DNA from: a virus
Taxonomy: Duplodnaviria > Caudoviricetes
Reading direction: 5' to 3' (one strand)
Virus record (IMG/VR): IMGVR_UViG_3300046000_011651
Span: 1 to 25,136 of that record
DNA length: 25,136 bases
Shown here: one piece after another, positions 16,412 to 25,136 of the stretch
How positions within the stretch are numbered: position 1 is the first letter of the stretch
Layout of the letters: every line of letters begins with the position of its first letter
Notes under the pieces: model-generated
What the model saw: the letters and a program-made list of their open reading frames with translations, nothing else
The model's database searches: none
Told to the model about the DNA's origin: nothing
Program-made: the position numbers and the translations under genes

Positions 16412-17718
16412 CCGCACCCCCCACCCGCACCTTCGGCACGCCGTTCGAGCCGCTCTCCATCGAGGAGACCGCCCTCGCGCGGGAGTACGCGCCCACCGCC
16501 TTCGGCGACTTCTACGCCGAGGAGATGCGCCCCAAGCCCTACGTCATGCACGGCGACGTGGCCGTGGTGGGCATCGACGGCCCCCTCGACACCCGCGCGG
16601 ACTACTGGTGCGACGGCTACGACATGATCGTGGCCCGCGCCGCGATGGCCCTCGCCGACCCCAAGGCGCGCGCCCTGGTGCTCGCCCTCGACAGCCCCGG
16701 CGGCATGGCCGCGGGCAACCTCGACGCGGCCCGCCAGCTGCGCTCCCTGGTGCAGCAGAGCGGCAAGCCCTGCGTCGCGCACGCCGGCACGATGGCCTGC
16801 TCTGCGGCCTACGCCCTCGCCTGCGCCGCCGACGCGATCCACCTCACCGCGGACGGCGTGGTGGGCAGCATCGGCACCATCGCGACGGTCTACGACCGCA
16901 CCGCGCAGACCGCCGCCGACGGGCTCAACGTGAAGGTGGTGCGCTCGGGCAACCTGAAGGCCGACCCGCACCCCGACGTGGCCCTCACCGACGCCAGCGT
17001 GGCCCGCGTGCGCGCCCGCATCACCGAGCTCGCCGGGATGTTCGCCACGTGGGTGAGCGAGCGCCGCCCGATGATGGGCGACCCGCTCGCTCTGCAGGGC
17101 GCCAGCGTCTACGGCGCCGACGCCGTCGCGAAGGGCGTCGCCGATCAGGTCGGGACGCTCGCCGACGCCATCACCGCCGCGGCCTCCATGGCCGCAGACA
17201 CCACCAGGAAGAAGACCATGGAAGCCAACGCCCTCAAGAGCCTCGAAGCCTTCGCCAGCCTGCGGTCGCAGCTCGGCGCCACCACCGACGAGGAGGCCCT
17301 CGCCGCCGTCGCCACCCTGCGCCAGCGCGCCGGGCAGGTCGACGCTCTCGCCGCCAACCTCGCCGCCGCGCAGCAGCAGCTGGCCGAGCGCGACGCCGCG
17401 CAGGCCGCGAGCGCCCGCGCCACCGTCCTCGACAAGCACCTCCAGCGCGGGGCCCTCACCCCGGCGATGCAGGCCGACGCGGAGTACATGGGCGACCTCG
17501 CGCCGCTCTCGCCCGAGGCCCTGGACCGGGTGCTCTCCAAGCTCCCGAGCGCCCCGTCGGCCGTCGCCCCCCGCGGCGCGGGCATCGACCCGAAGGGCAC
17601 CGACCCGGAGAGCATCACGCTCACCGACGACGACAAGGCCTTCGCCAAGGCGGCCGGCGTCTCCGAGGCGTCCTTCCTCGCCACCAAGCGCGCCGACGCC
17701 GCGCGCGCCACCCGCTGA
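16408..17718 (+). CDS. S49 (SppA/ClpP-like) prohead protease with C-terminal scaffold (436 aa)
   Basis: LDSPGG, ACSAAYALACAAD, GSIGT, VVRSGNLKAD, GVADQVGT; Ala-rich coiled-coil tail. Confidence 0.9.
   Translation: MTAPPTRTFGTPFEPLSIEETALAREYAPTAFGDFYAEEMRPKPYVMHGDVAVVGIDGPLDTRADYWCDGYDMIVARAAMALADPKARALVLALDSPGGMAAGNLDAARQLRSLVQQSGKPCVAHAGTMACSAAYALACAADAIHLTADGVVGSIGTIATVYDRTAQTAADGLNVKVVRSGNLKADPHPDVALTDASVARVRARITELAGMFATWVSERRPMMGDPLALQGASVYGADAVAKGVADQVGTLADAITAAASMAADTTRKKTMEANALKSLEAFASLRSQLGATTDEEALAAVATLRQRAGQVDALAANLAAAQQQLAERDAAQAASARATVLDKHLQRGALTPAMQADAEYMGDLAPLSPEALDRVLSKLPSAPSAVAPRGAGIDPKGTDPESITLTDDDKAFAKAAGVSEASFLATKRADAARATR
17218..17718 (+). CDS. Probable nested in-frame scaffold protein (lambda Nu3-like arrangement)
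   Basis: In-frame ATG at 17218 preceded by AGGAAGAAG at the protease/scaffold boundary. Confidence 0.55.
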   Translation: MEANALKSLEAFASLRSQLGATTDEEALAAVATLRQRAGQVDALAANLAAAQQQLAERDAAQAASARATVLDKHLQRGALTPAMQADAEYMGDLAPLSPEALDRVLSKLPSAPSAVAPRGAGIDPKGTDPESITLTDDDKAFAKAAGVSEASFLATKRADAARATR

Positions 17719-17760
17719 CCCGGGCCCCAGGCCCACCCCACCCCTGACCCGGAGATCACC

Positions 17761-18627
17761 ATGACCGCTCTCGCAGCCAACTTCCCGCGCAAGCGCGTGG
17801 GCGACAACGTCCAGAACCCCCTCCGTCTCGCCTGCGGCCTCGCCGCGGCGGCGCGCGTCTACCAGGGCGCCCTCGTCGCGCTCAACCAGGCGGGCACCCT
17901 CGTTCCGGCCTCGGCCGACAACAGCCTCTTCGTCGTCGGCGTCGCCGAGGAGGAGAAGGACAACACCTCCGGCGCGGCCTCGGCCCTGTCGCTCGTGCCC
18001 CGCCGCGGGTGCTTCCCGTTCACCAACAGCGGCACCACCGACGCGCTCTCCGCGGCCGACGTGGGCCGCCCCTGCTACGTGGTGGACGACACCACCGTCG
18101 CGCGCACGAACCCGATCGGCGCGCGCCCCGTGGCGGGCATCGTCGCCGGCATCGACGCCGACGGCGGGGTGCTGGTCGAGGTCGGCTCGCAGTCCCGCGA
18201 CCACAACGGCAACTGCGACCACCTGGTGCTCGCGGGCGCGGACCTCAGCTCGACCGGCCAGAACCGCTTCGTGAACCTCAACAGCTCGGGCGCCGCGGTG
18301 CTCGCCGCGACCGCGGGCATGATCGCCTTCGGTGTGCTGCTGAACGCCCCGGCCTCGGGTGCGGTCGCCATCGTGCGCCGCCGCGGTCTCTGCCGGGTGG
18401 TGTTCTCCGCGGCCGTCGCCGAGAACATCCTCGTCGCCGTCACCGCCACCAGCGGCAAGGCCAAGGCCGCGGTCACCGCGAAGTGCGACGCCTCGGGCGC
18501 CAGCGCGACCGCGGCCATCACCGGCAGCTTCTGCATGGGCATGACCCTCGAAGAGTCCACGGGCGACGACGACCTCGCGTTGATCGACCTCCACCCCTCG
18601 GGCGCGCTGCCCGGCACGCTGGCCTGA
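17761..18627 (+). CDS. Head decoration/cement protein, two tandem domains (second DUF2190-like)
   Basis: Between scaffold and capsid. Domain 1 YQGALVALN...GVAEE..DN...CYVVDDTTV; domain 2 AGADL...RFV...GVLLNAPASG...G.TLE. Confidence 0.65.
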   Translation: MTALAANFPRKRVGDNVQNPLRLACGLAAAARVYQGALVALNQAGTLVPASADNSLFVVGVAEEEKDNTSGAASALSLVPRRGCFPFTNSGTTDALSAADVGRPCYVVDDTTVARTNPIGARPVAGIVAGIDADGGVLVEVGSQSRDHNGNCDHLVLAGADLSSTGQNRFVNLNSSGAAVLAATAGMIAFGVLLNAPASGAVAIVRRRGLCRVVFSAAVAENILVAVTATSGKAKAAVTAKCDASGASATAAITGSFCMGMTLEESTGDDDLALIDLHPSGALPGTLA

Positions 18628-18665
18628 TCGGCCGCTGACCCCACCCGCACCCCCGAAAGACCACC

Positions 18666-19610
18666 ATGGCCATCCTGATCAAGCCGGACTCGCTCCGGGC
18701 CCTCGACGTCACCGTTCGCACCGCTTTCATGGACGCCTACGGCTCCACCGCGTACACGCCGCGGTACCCGGGCGTCGCCACCGTGCAGCCCTCGGGCAGC
18801 GCGAAGAACATCTACCCCTCGATGATCGACGCCGCGGCCGTGCGCGAGTGGGTCGGCGAGCGCGTCATCAACCCGCTGGTGCTGGAGGGCGCCTCGGTGA
18901 CCAACCAGAAGTGGGAGCTCACCTACTCGGTGCAGCGCGACGCCCTGGACGATGACCAGTCGGGCGCCGTCGGGATGCTCATGTCCCGCGTCCGCTCGGG
19001 CGGCGGGAAGTTCTTGCGTCACAAGGACAAGCTCGTGTTCACCGTGCTCAAGAGCAACGCCACGTGCCTCGACGGCGTGGCGCTGTTCAATGGCTCGCAC
19101 CCGGTGAACCCCAAGGACGCCGGCGCGGGCACCTTCGACAACGACATCGGCACCACGGCCCTCACGGCGAACAACGCCGCGGCGGTTCGTGCGTCGATGA
19201 TGGAGCTCAAGGGCCCCGACGGCGACCCGATCAACGAGAACCCGCGCCTGATCATCGTGCCCCCGGCGCTCGAGCTGACGGCGCGCAAGATCGCCGAGGC
19301 CGACGAGATCGTCTTCAGCGGCAACGCCAACGAGTCGAACGTCTTCAAGGGACAGTACGACGTGATCGTGGTGCCGCAGCTCGCGGCGAGCTTCACCAGC
19401 GGTTCGGACACCACCTGGTACATGGCCGACGTGAGCGACGCCGAGGACCGCGGGCTCATCATGCAGGAGCGCGAGGCGGTGGAGATCACCAGCCTCTTCA
19501 GCCTGACCGACCCGCAGGTGTTCACCCGCGACGAGTACCAGTGGGGCGCCCGCGCCCGGTACGTCGCCGCGGCGGGCAACCCGAAGAAGATCTTCCGCTG
19601 CACGGCGTGA
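18666..19610 (+). CDS. Major capsid protein (Mu gpT-like)
   Basis: VREWVGER, NQKWELT..V.RDALDDD, CLDGVALF..SH, LIIVPPALE; 314 aa. Confidence 0.9.
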   Translation: MAILIKPDSLRALDVTVRTAFMDAYGSTAYTPRYPGVATVQPSGSAKNIYPSMIDAAAVREWVGERVINPLVLEGASVTNQKWELTYSVQRDALDDDQSGAVGMLMSRVRSGGGKFLRHKDKLVFTVLKSNATCLDGVALFNGSHPVNPKDAGAGTFDNDIGTTALTANNAAAVRASMMELKGPDGDPINENPRLIIVPPALELTARKIAEADEIVFSGNANESNVFKGQYDVIVVPQLAASFTSGSDTTWYMADVSDAEDRGLIMQEREAVEITSLFSLTDPQVFTRDEYQWGARARYVAAAGNPKKIFRCTA

Positions 19611-19614
19611 TCTG

Positions 19615-20025
19615 ATGGCCGCCGACATCACCCGCGCCGAGCTCGCCTCGCTGGGGCTGAGGTCGGCGGCGCTCACCGGCATCTCGACGGGCGACCAGGA
19701 CGCCGCGTGCGAGTCGGCCACGTCGACCGCACGCAGCTACCTGCGCGCCCGCTACCCCAGCGCGGGGGCCATCACGGACCCCGGCTACAAGCAGGCCGTC
19801 GCGCGCATCGCCGCGCACGAGCTGCTCTCCACGCGCGGCTTCGACCCATCGGGCTCCCGCTCCGACGAGGCCGTACAACTCAACCGCGACGCCGCGGTGC
19901 GCTGGCTGCGCGACGTCTCCAACGGAGTCGCGCACCTGGACATCACCGAGACCATCGCGGAGACCTTCGCGGTGGTGCTCGCGGGTGACCTCGGGATCAC
20001 CTCCGACGAGCCGCGGGGCTGGTGA
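19615..20025 (+). CDS. Head-tail adaptor (Mu gp36/DUF1320-like)
   Basis: SYLRARY, IAAHEL, DAAVRWLRDVSNG...LDI. Confidence 0.78.
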   Translation: MAADITRAELASLGLRSAALTGISTGDQDAACESATSTARSYLRARYPSAGAITDPGYKQAVARIAAHELLSTRGFDPSGSRSDEAVQLNRDAAVRWLRDVSNGVAHLDITETIAETFAVVLAGDLGITSDEPRGW

Positions 20026-20453
20026 GCCTCTCCCGCTCGGGGGATGACCCCGCGCGCCTGCTCGCGGCCCTCGAGGAGTGGGCCTCGGGCCAGGCCGCCC
20101 ACGACGTCGCGGTGTCCCTGGCGCAGGCCGGCCAGGGGCTCGTGCGTCAGGGCTTCGTGCAGTCCAAGGCGCCCGACGGCTCGCGCTGGGCGCCGCTCAA
20201 GCGCCCGCGACCCGGCGGCCCGGTGCTCGTGCGTCGCGGTCGCCTCGCCGCCGCCGCGCCGTTCTACGTGGTCGACCGCAGCGGCTTCGTCATGAGCGCG
20301 GTCGACCGCATCGCGCCCTACGGCCGCTTCCACCAGAGCGGCGCACCGGGGGCGAACCTCCCGCGGCGGCCCTTCTACCCCGACGAACAGCTCTCCCCGG
20401 GCTGGTCGATCGTCCTCTCCGCCGCGGCCGATGCGGCGCTCCCGACCCTGTGA
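20022..20453 (+). CDS. Phage virion morphogenesis protein (Mu gpG-like)
   Basis: F...APDGSRWAPLK, L...GRL, YGRFHQSG, LPRRPF. Confidence 0.82.
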   Translation: MSLSRSGDDPARLLAALEEWASGQAAHDVAVSLAQAGQGLVRQGFVQSKAPDGSRWAPLKRPRPGGPVLVRRGRLAAAAPFYVVDRSGFVMSAVDRIAPYGRFHQSGAPGANLPRRPFYPDEQLSPGWSIVLSAAADAALPTL

Positions 20454-20965
20454 GTACCACCGCCAACACCACGCTCCTGGCGCAGGTCACCGCCATCATG
20501 GCGGACGTCGCCGTGGACGTCCCCGGCGTCGTGACCGCCTTCGGGCGGCGCGCGGTCGCCGAGCACAGCGCGCCGCCGATGGTGGGCTGGTGGCCCAAGG
20601 GCCCCGAGGCCTTCGGAGGCGCCAAGAAGAGCAGCTTTCCGGGCAAGCGCCGACCGCTCTACACCAGCGCGCTCACCCTCTCGGTGCGGTGCTGGGGCGT
20701 GGACCTCGACGCCGCGATGCTGCTGCGGGAGTCCGTCATCGCCTGCATCCACCGGCAGTGGCCGGGCTCCTACCAGCTCGCGCCCGCGGTGTGGGTCGAC
20801 GCCGCTTCTCAGACCGACCTCGGCGAGATGGTCGACCTGACCGTGACCCTCGACCTCGCCATCCTCGATCGCGCCCCGCTGCGGGCCACCATCACCAGCA
20901 CCTCGTTCACCACCGCCGCCTCGCCCACGGGTGACGGCGTGCTGCAGCCCGGAGAGACCACGTGA
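20450..20965 (+). CDS. Probable tail terminator/completion protein (171 aa)
   Basis: GTGA coupling; directly before the sheath; LTLSVRCWG.D pattern. Confidence 0.6.
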   Translation: MSTTANTTLLAQVTAIMADVAVDVPGVVTAFGRRAVAEHSAPPMVGWWPKGPEAFGGAKKSSFPGKRRPLYTSALTLSVRCWGVDLDAAMLLRESVIACIHRQWPGSYQLAPAVWVDAASQTDLGEMVDLTVTLDLAILDRAPLRATITSTSFTTAASPTGDGVLQPGETT

Positions 20966-22734
20966 CCATCCTTCAGAACACCCTCAGCATCCTCGACGGC
21001 GGCCTCGGGGTTGTGCGTCCCGGCGGGCGGCCTGTCGCCGTCGTCGGCTGCTGCTCCGCCGGCACCGCCGCCACCGCCGCCACCCCCGTAACCTGCTACA
21101 CGCAGGAGCAGCTCACCGCGGCGGGGGGCTACGGCCCCGCCGTCGAGGACGCCGCGATCATCCTGTCGCTCTCGGGCGGCCCGGTGATCCTCTGCCGCGC
21201 CGCGACGGTCACCGCGGCGATCCTCGGCGGGTTCTGCCAGTCGGGCGCGGGCTCTGGCGCCTCGGGCACCATTACGGCGGGCGGTGGCAACACCTCGACG
21301 GCCGTCTTCGCCCTCACCGGCACCGCCACGGCGCGCGTCGCCGTCGTCATCAAGGTCACCACCGCGGGCGCCAACCTCGCGGCGTCGCCCAAGATCGCGA
21401 TCAGCTTCGACGGCGGGGTGTCCTACCTCGCGCCGCAGACTGCGGTCGCGGGCCCCACGGTCATCGGCTACGGGCTCTCGCTCACCATCACCGACGGCTC
21501 CTTCGTCCTCGCCGACACCTTCAGCGCGGTGGGCGCCAACTGCCCCACCACGGCCGACGCCACCGGCACCAGCGTCCCGGCGTTCACCGGCACCCCGCTC
21601 GCCCAGCTGCACATTATCGCCGAGGTAATGACCGCCGCGGCCTCGCTGGCGGCGCTGACCGCCGCGGTGCGCTTCAGCCTCGACGGCGGGCGCTCGTTCG
21701 CGCAGCCGGTGGGCATCCCGATTGGCGGCGTGTACGTGATCCCCAACACGGGCGTCACGGTCACCTTCGGCGCGGGCACCTTCGTCGCGGGCGACACCTT
21801 CGAGCTCTACACGGCGGCCCCGGCCTTCGACACCACCACGCTCAACGCGGCCCTGACGGGCCTCCTCGCGGTGTCCGGCGACTACGAGTTCGTGCACGTG
21901 GCGGGCGCCATCGACGTCACGCACGCCGCGATCCTCAAGGCCTGGGGCGTCGCGCGGCAGACCGCGGGCGAGTACACCTTCACGCAGTCGGGCGCGCGTG
22001 ACCAGGCGCTCGGCGAGTCCGCCGCGACCTGGTACACCGCCCTCGGCGGCGCCTCCCCGGGCTTCACCGGCTACGACTTCGGCCGCTACGGCGACGTTCA
22101 CGCGAGCCACGGCTACGTCGCCAGCGTGACCTACCCGGGCAGCTTCTTCCGCCGCAACGGCGCGGTGCTGCGGTCGGCCCGGCTCGCCGGCATCCCCGTC
22201 AACGAGCACCCCGGTCGCGTGCTCTCGGGCCCGATCCTGGGCCTCATGCCCGACGGCGACGCGAGCTCGGTGCTCCACGACGGGTCGGTCTACACCGCCC
22301 TCGACGCCTACCGCTTCAGCACCATGCAGCGAGTGCTGGGCCGCCCCCGCGGCGAGTACTACTTCACCAGCCGCACGATGGCCTCGGCCACGTCGGACTT
22401 CGGCGAGATCCAGCGCATCCGCCTGATCTGCGTCGCCGCCGCCGCCGCCCTCACCCAGATGGCGCTCTACATCGGCAGCGACCCCGAGGTGAAGACCGAC
22501 GGCTCGGGCCAGCTCACCGAGGGGGAGGCCCTGATCGCCGACGCCGAGATCACCGCCGCCATGAAGCGCGCGGTGGTGGACGCGCCCAACAGCTTCGCGA
22601 CGCGGGTCTCCGCCACTGTGGGCCGCACGACCGACGTGCTCGCCACCGGCATCCTGACCGCCGCCATCTCGATCGTGCCGAAGGGCTCGATCAACGCCGT
22701 CACCACCACCGTCACCTACGCCCGGAGCGCCTGA
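20962..22734 (+). CDS. Contractile tail sheath protein (DUF2586-like)
   Basis: ILDGGLG, FSLDGGRSF, G.TVTF..GTFVAGDTF, HPGRVLSGP, SDFGEIQRIR, ISIVPKG; 590 aa, precedes the tube. Confidence 0.82.
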   Translation: MTILQNTLSILDGGLGVVRPGGRPVAVVGCCSAGTAATAATPVTCYTQEQLTAAGGYGPAVEDAAIILSLSGGPVILCRAATVTAAILGGFCQSGAGSGASGTITAGGGNTSTAVFALTGTATARVAVVIKVTTAGANLAASPKIAISFDGGVSYLAPQTAVAGPTVIGYGLSLTITDGSFVLADTFSAVGANCPTTADATGTSVPAFTGTPLAQLHIIAEVMTAAASLAALTAAVRFSLDGGRSFAQPVGIPIGGVYVIPNTGVTVTFGAGTFVAGDTFELYTAAPAFDTTTLNAALTGLLAVSGDYEFVHVAGAIDVTHAAILKAWGVARQTAGEYTFTQSGARDQALGESAATWYTALGGASPGFTGYDFGRYGDVHASHGYVASVTYPGSFFRRNGAVLRSARLAGIPVNEHPGRVLSGPILGLMPDGDASSVLHDGSVYTALDAYRFSTMQRVLGRPRGEYYFTSRTMASATSDFGEIQRIRLICVAAAAALTQMALYIGSDPEVKTDGSGQLTEGEALIADAEITAAMKRAVVDAPNSFATRVSATVGRTTDVLATGILTAAISIVPKGSINAVTTTVTYARSA

Positions 22735-22737
22735 CCC

Positions 22738-23175
22738 ATGAACATCAACGGCAACGAGCACTCCTGGGCGAGCGTCCGCGCGCGCTTCAACGGCGTCGAG
22801 GTCACCGACATCAAGGCGATCAAGTACGCCGACGAGGTTGAGGGCGCCGAGCCGGTGTACGGCACGGGCCGCCACCCCCGCGGCCGCACCTCCGGTCGCT
22901 ACAAGCCCGGGGACTGCTCCATCACGTTCTACAAGAGCGGCTGGAAGCGCCTGATCGCGTCGATGCCCAACGGCTACGCCGACGTGCGCGGGACGATCAT
23001 CGTCCAGATGCGCGAGGGTTCGGACATCGTGACCGACACCCTGGAGGACGTGCGCATCATGGGCGCCGACGCCTCCGCCGAGGACGGCACCGACCCGCTC
23101 GAGGTCGAGGTGAAGCTGTCCATCATGCGCGTGCTCTGGAACGGCAAGGGCCTCGTCGCCAAGGCGGGCGAGTGA
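22738..23175 (+). CDS. Tail tube protein
   Basis: INGNEHSW, IKAIKY.D, VYGTGRHPRGRTSGRY; 145 aa after the sheath. Confidence 0.85.
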   Translation: MNINGNEHSWASVRARFNGVEVTDIKAIKYADEVEGAEPVYGTGRHPRGRTSGRYKPGDCSITFYKSGWKRLIASMPNGYADVRGTIIVQMREGSDIVTDTLEDVRIMGADASAEDGTDPLEVEVKLSIMRVLWNGKGLVAKAGE

Positions 23176-23561
23176 TGGACGGCGAGCAGGAGGCCTCCCT
23201 CACCGAGGCCGAGCTCGCCAGCCTCACCGGCCGCTACGGCGCGAGCTGGAAGGCCTGGGAGCTCGGCGGGCGGCGCTACGCCGTGCGCAAGCCCACCCGG
23301 GCGCAGTGGCAGGCGTACAAGTGCGACCAGCTCAGCACGGACCTGACCACGAAGGCCGACGCCGGCGTGGCCCTGGCGCGCGGGTGCCTCGTCCCGATCG
23401 ACCCGAGCGGAAGCGTCGAGGACGAGCGCAAGGCCTTCGACGCGATGGGTGAGGAGAGCCCCGCCCTCCTCGACCTGCTCGCGGTGCTGACGGAGAACCT
23501 GGCGGCGGGCCCTTTGGCCGCGCGCGAGGTCAAGCCGCCGCCCTCTACGCCGCGGGCCTGA
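23175..23561 (+). CDS. Tail assembly chaperone (G-like)
   Basis: Between tube and tape measure; VRKPTRAQW pattern; TGATG coupling. Confidence 0.75.
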   Translation: MDGEQEASLTEAELASLTGRYGASWKAWELGGRRYAVRKPTRAQWQAYKCDQLSTDLTTKADAGVALARGCLVPIDPSGSVEDERKAFDAMGEESPALLDLLAVLTENLAAGPLAAREVKPPPSTPRA

Positions 23562-23722
23562 AAGACCCCGACGTTGCCGCCGACGCTCTGATCTCGCTGC
23601 TCCGCGGCGACCACGACGACGCCGAAGCCCGCGCCGGGGCGTACCTGGTGGTCGAGTTCTTCGGCGCCTTCCGCTCGCTCATCAAGGGCCTCTCGACCCC
23701 GTCGAAGAAGCCCCGCCGCTGA
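23510..23722 (+). CDS. Frameshifted tail chaperone extension (GT-like) via -1 slip at CCCTTTG
   Basis: In-phase C-CCT-TTG heptamer at 23510-23516; -1 frame open for 68 codons to TGA 23720-23722; no suitable start codon of its own. Confidence 0.65.
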   Translation, partial: PFGRARGQAAALYAAGLKDPDVAADALISLLRGDHDDAEARAGAYLVVEFFGAFRSLIKGLSTPSKKPRR

Positions 23723-23726
23723 CCCG

Positions 23727-25136
23727 ATGCCCAACACCACCTGGAAGCTCACCCTCACGGACGCGGGCTCGCGGCCAGCGAAGCGGATCACCGCGGCGCT
23801 GACCCCGATGCTCGCGGCCCTGCGTGCGGTCGCGGGCGCGTCGGCGGGCGCCCAGGCCGCGCTTGCGCGGGTAGCGCCGGCGGGGACGGCCGTCCAGATC
23901 CGCGCCGCCACCGCAGCCATCCGGGAGCAGTCCCGGGCGCTGCGCGAGCTCAACGGGTTGCAGGGCCGTGGTGGTGGGCGCACGCCCCGCGCTACCCCTG
24001 CGCGCCCTCGCAGCCCCACCGCAACGCCCTCGGGGCGGGTAGCCCTGGGCCCCGACTTCACCCAGCGCGCGCTCGGGCTGCAGATGGCCTACCGCACCCG
24101 TGCGGGGGCGCAGCAGGTCCGGCAGACGCAGCGGGAGCGGGCCGTCGAGCTGCGCGCCCACCAGAGCTACTTCCAGCGCCTCTCGCGGATGACGCAGCAG
24201 AGCTTCCGGGAGAACGCCCGGCTCTCCGCGCAGCAGTCCCGCGCCTCGGCCGCGGCCGGTCGGGCGCGCGTGCAGTCGATGCAGCAGCAGAGCGGCGCCG
24301 CCTCGGCGCTCCTCGGCACCGTCGGCGGGGTCGCCCTCGGCGCCGTGGCCGCGCTCGCGGGCATCGCCACGGCCTTCGCGGGCGTGGGCTACTCCGCCGC
24401 CGCTGCGGTGATCGAGGTTGCGGCCTTCCGAGAGTCCTCGCTCGTCGCGCTGACCGCCGTGCTCGGCTCGTCGCAGGCGGCGGGGCGCCAGTTCCGCAAC
24501 GCGGTCACCGTCGCCAACCAGACGCCCCTCGACACCCGCGACGTCATCGCCCAGACGCAGTCGTTCGCCGTCGCGGGCTTCGGGGAGCGCGAAATCGCGC
24601 CGCTCATCGCCGCGTCGGCCGACCTCGGCGCCGCCTTCGGGCAGCGCTCGAGCGAGGGCTTCGCGCTCGCGCTCTCGCAGATCCGCTCCGCCGGCCGCCT
24701 GCAGGGCCAAGAGCTGCTCCAGCTCTCCAACGCCAACGTCAGCCGGTCGGCGATCCTCGACAGCATCGCCCGCCAGATGAACCTCGGCCAGGGCGAGGTC
24801 GGGCGCCGGGCGGCGCAGACGGCCATCACCCAGCGGCGCGTCTCGTCGGGCGTCGGCGAGCAGGCCGCGCTCGATGCGGTGCGCGGTCGCCTCGACGGCG
24901 GCGGCGCCCTCGGCACCTTCGCGCGGCAGCAGTCGGAGACCCTCACGGGCGCGATCAGCAACGCCCGCAACGCGATCTTCAACCTCCTGATCGGGATCGA
25001 TTTCGGGAACGTCCCGGGCATCGTCGCCTTCAAGAACGTCCTGCTCCAGGTCACCTCGGCGCTTCAGACCGGCTCCCCCGCGGCGACGCGCCTGCGGGCG
25101 GGCATCACGGGCGCCGCCAACGCGGTGGGCGCCCCT
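23727..25136 (+). CDS. Tape measure protein (3' truncated)
   Basis: Translated by hand from ATG 23727: MPNTTWKLTLTD...ANQTPLDT...ALALSQIRSAGRLQGQELLQL...QQSETLTGAISN; Ala-rich, open to the window end. Confidence 0.88.
   Translation, partial: MPNTTWKLTLTDAGSRPAKRITAALTPMLAALRAVAGASAGAQAALARVAPAGTAVQIRAATAAIREQSRALRELNGLQGRGGGRTPRATPARPRSPTATPSGRVALGPDFTQRALGLQMAYRTRAGAQQVRQTQRERAVELRAHQSYFQRLSRMTQQSFRENARLSAQQSRASAAAGRARVQSMQQQSGAASALLGTVGGVALGAVAALAGIATAFAGVGYSAAAAVIEVAAFRESSLVALTAVLGSSQAAGRQFRNAVTVANQTPLDTRDVIAQTQSFAVAGFGEREIAPLIAASADLGAAFGQRSSEGFALALSQIRSAGRLQGQELLQLSNANVSRSAILDSIARQMNLGQGEVGRRAAQTAITQRRVSSGVGEQAALDAVRGRLDGGGALGTFARQQSETLTGAISNARNAIFNLLIGIDFGNVPGIVAFKNVLLQVTSALQTGSPAATRLRAGITGAANAVGAP

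Noticed and set aside
15152-20453. Transposable Mu-like phage
   Set aside because: No transposase A/B beside the repressor; an iteron origin and helicase-type replication genes are present instead.
16219-22875. Long minus-strand ORFs (791, 548, 688 aa)
   Set aside because: Antisense shadows of motif-supported structural genes.
20962-25136. Tailocin, eCIS or gene transfer agent
   Set aside because: Linked to capsid, portal, terminase, replication and immunity modules, as expected for a full phage.

Overview
A very GC-rich (roughly 70-75% by eye) segment of a temperate, contractile-tailed (myovirus-type) phage or prophage, cut off at both ends. From left to right: a leftward early operon (unknown gene, RecT-like annealing protein, small Cys-rich and unknown genes); a lambda-like switch (ImmA/IrrE-like metallopeptidase, XRE repressor, divergent Cro-like gene, two matching sigma70-type promoters, four 14-bp operator-like sites); a translationally coupled rightward early operon (small ORFs, DEDDh exonuclease, VirE/VapE-type replication ATPase with an apparently catalytically dead Prim-Pol domain); a 13-copy iteron origin; SF2 helicase and VRR-NUC nuclease; terminase, Mu-like portal, S49 prohead protease/scaffold, two-domain decoration protein, Mu gpT-like capsid, neck genes, sheath, tube, tail chaperone with a -1 frameshift, and a truncated tape measure. 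No integrase, lysis, baseplate, RNA gene or CRISPR is visible. The best leads are the pseudo-primase/helicase with its iteron origin, a three-member family of zinc-finger modules, the decoded switch with a non-canonical ImmA, and a lambda/Mu hybrid head. All family calls come from motif recognition by eye; no database search was run, so novelty is unconfirmed.
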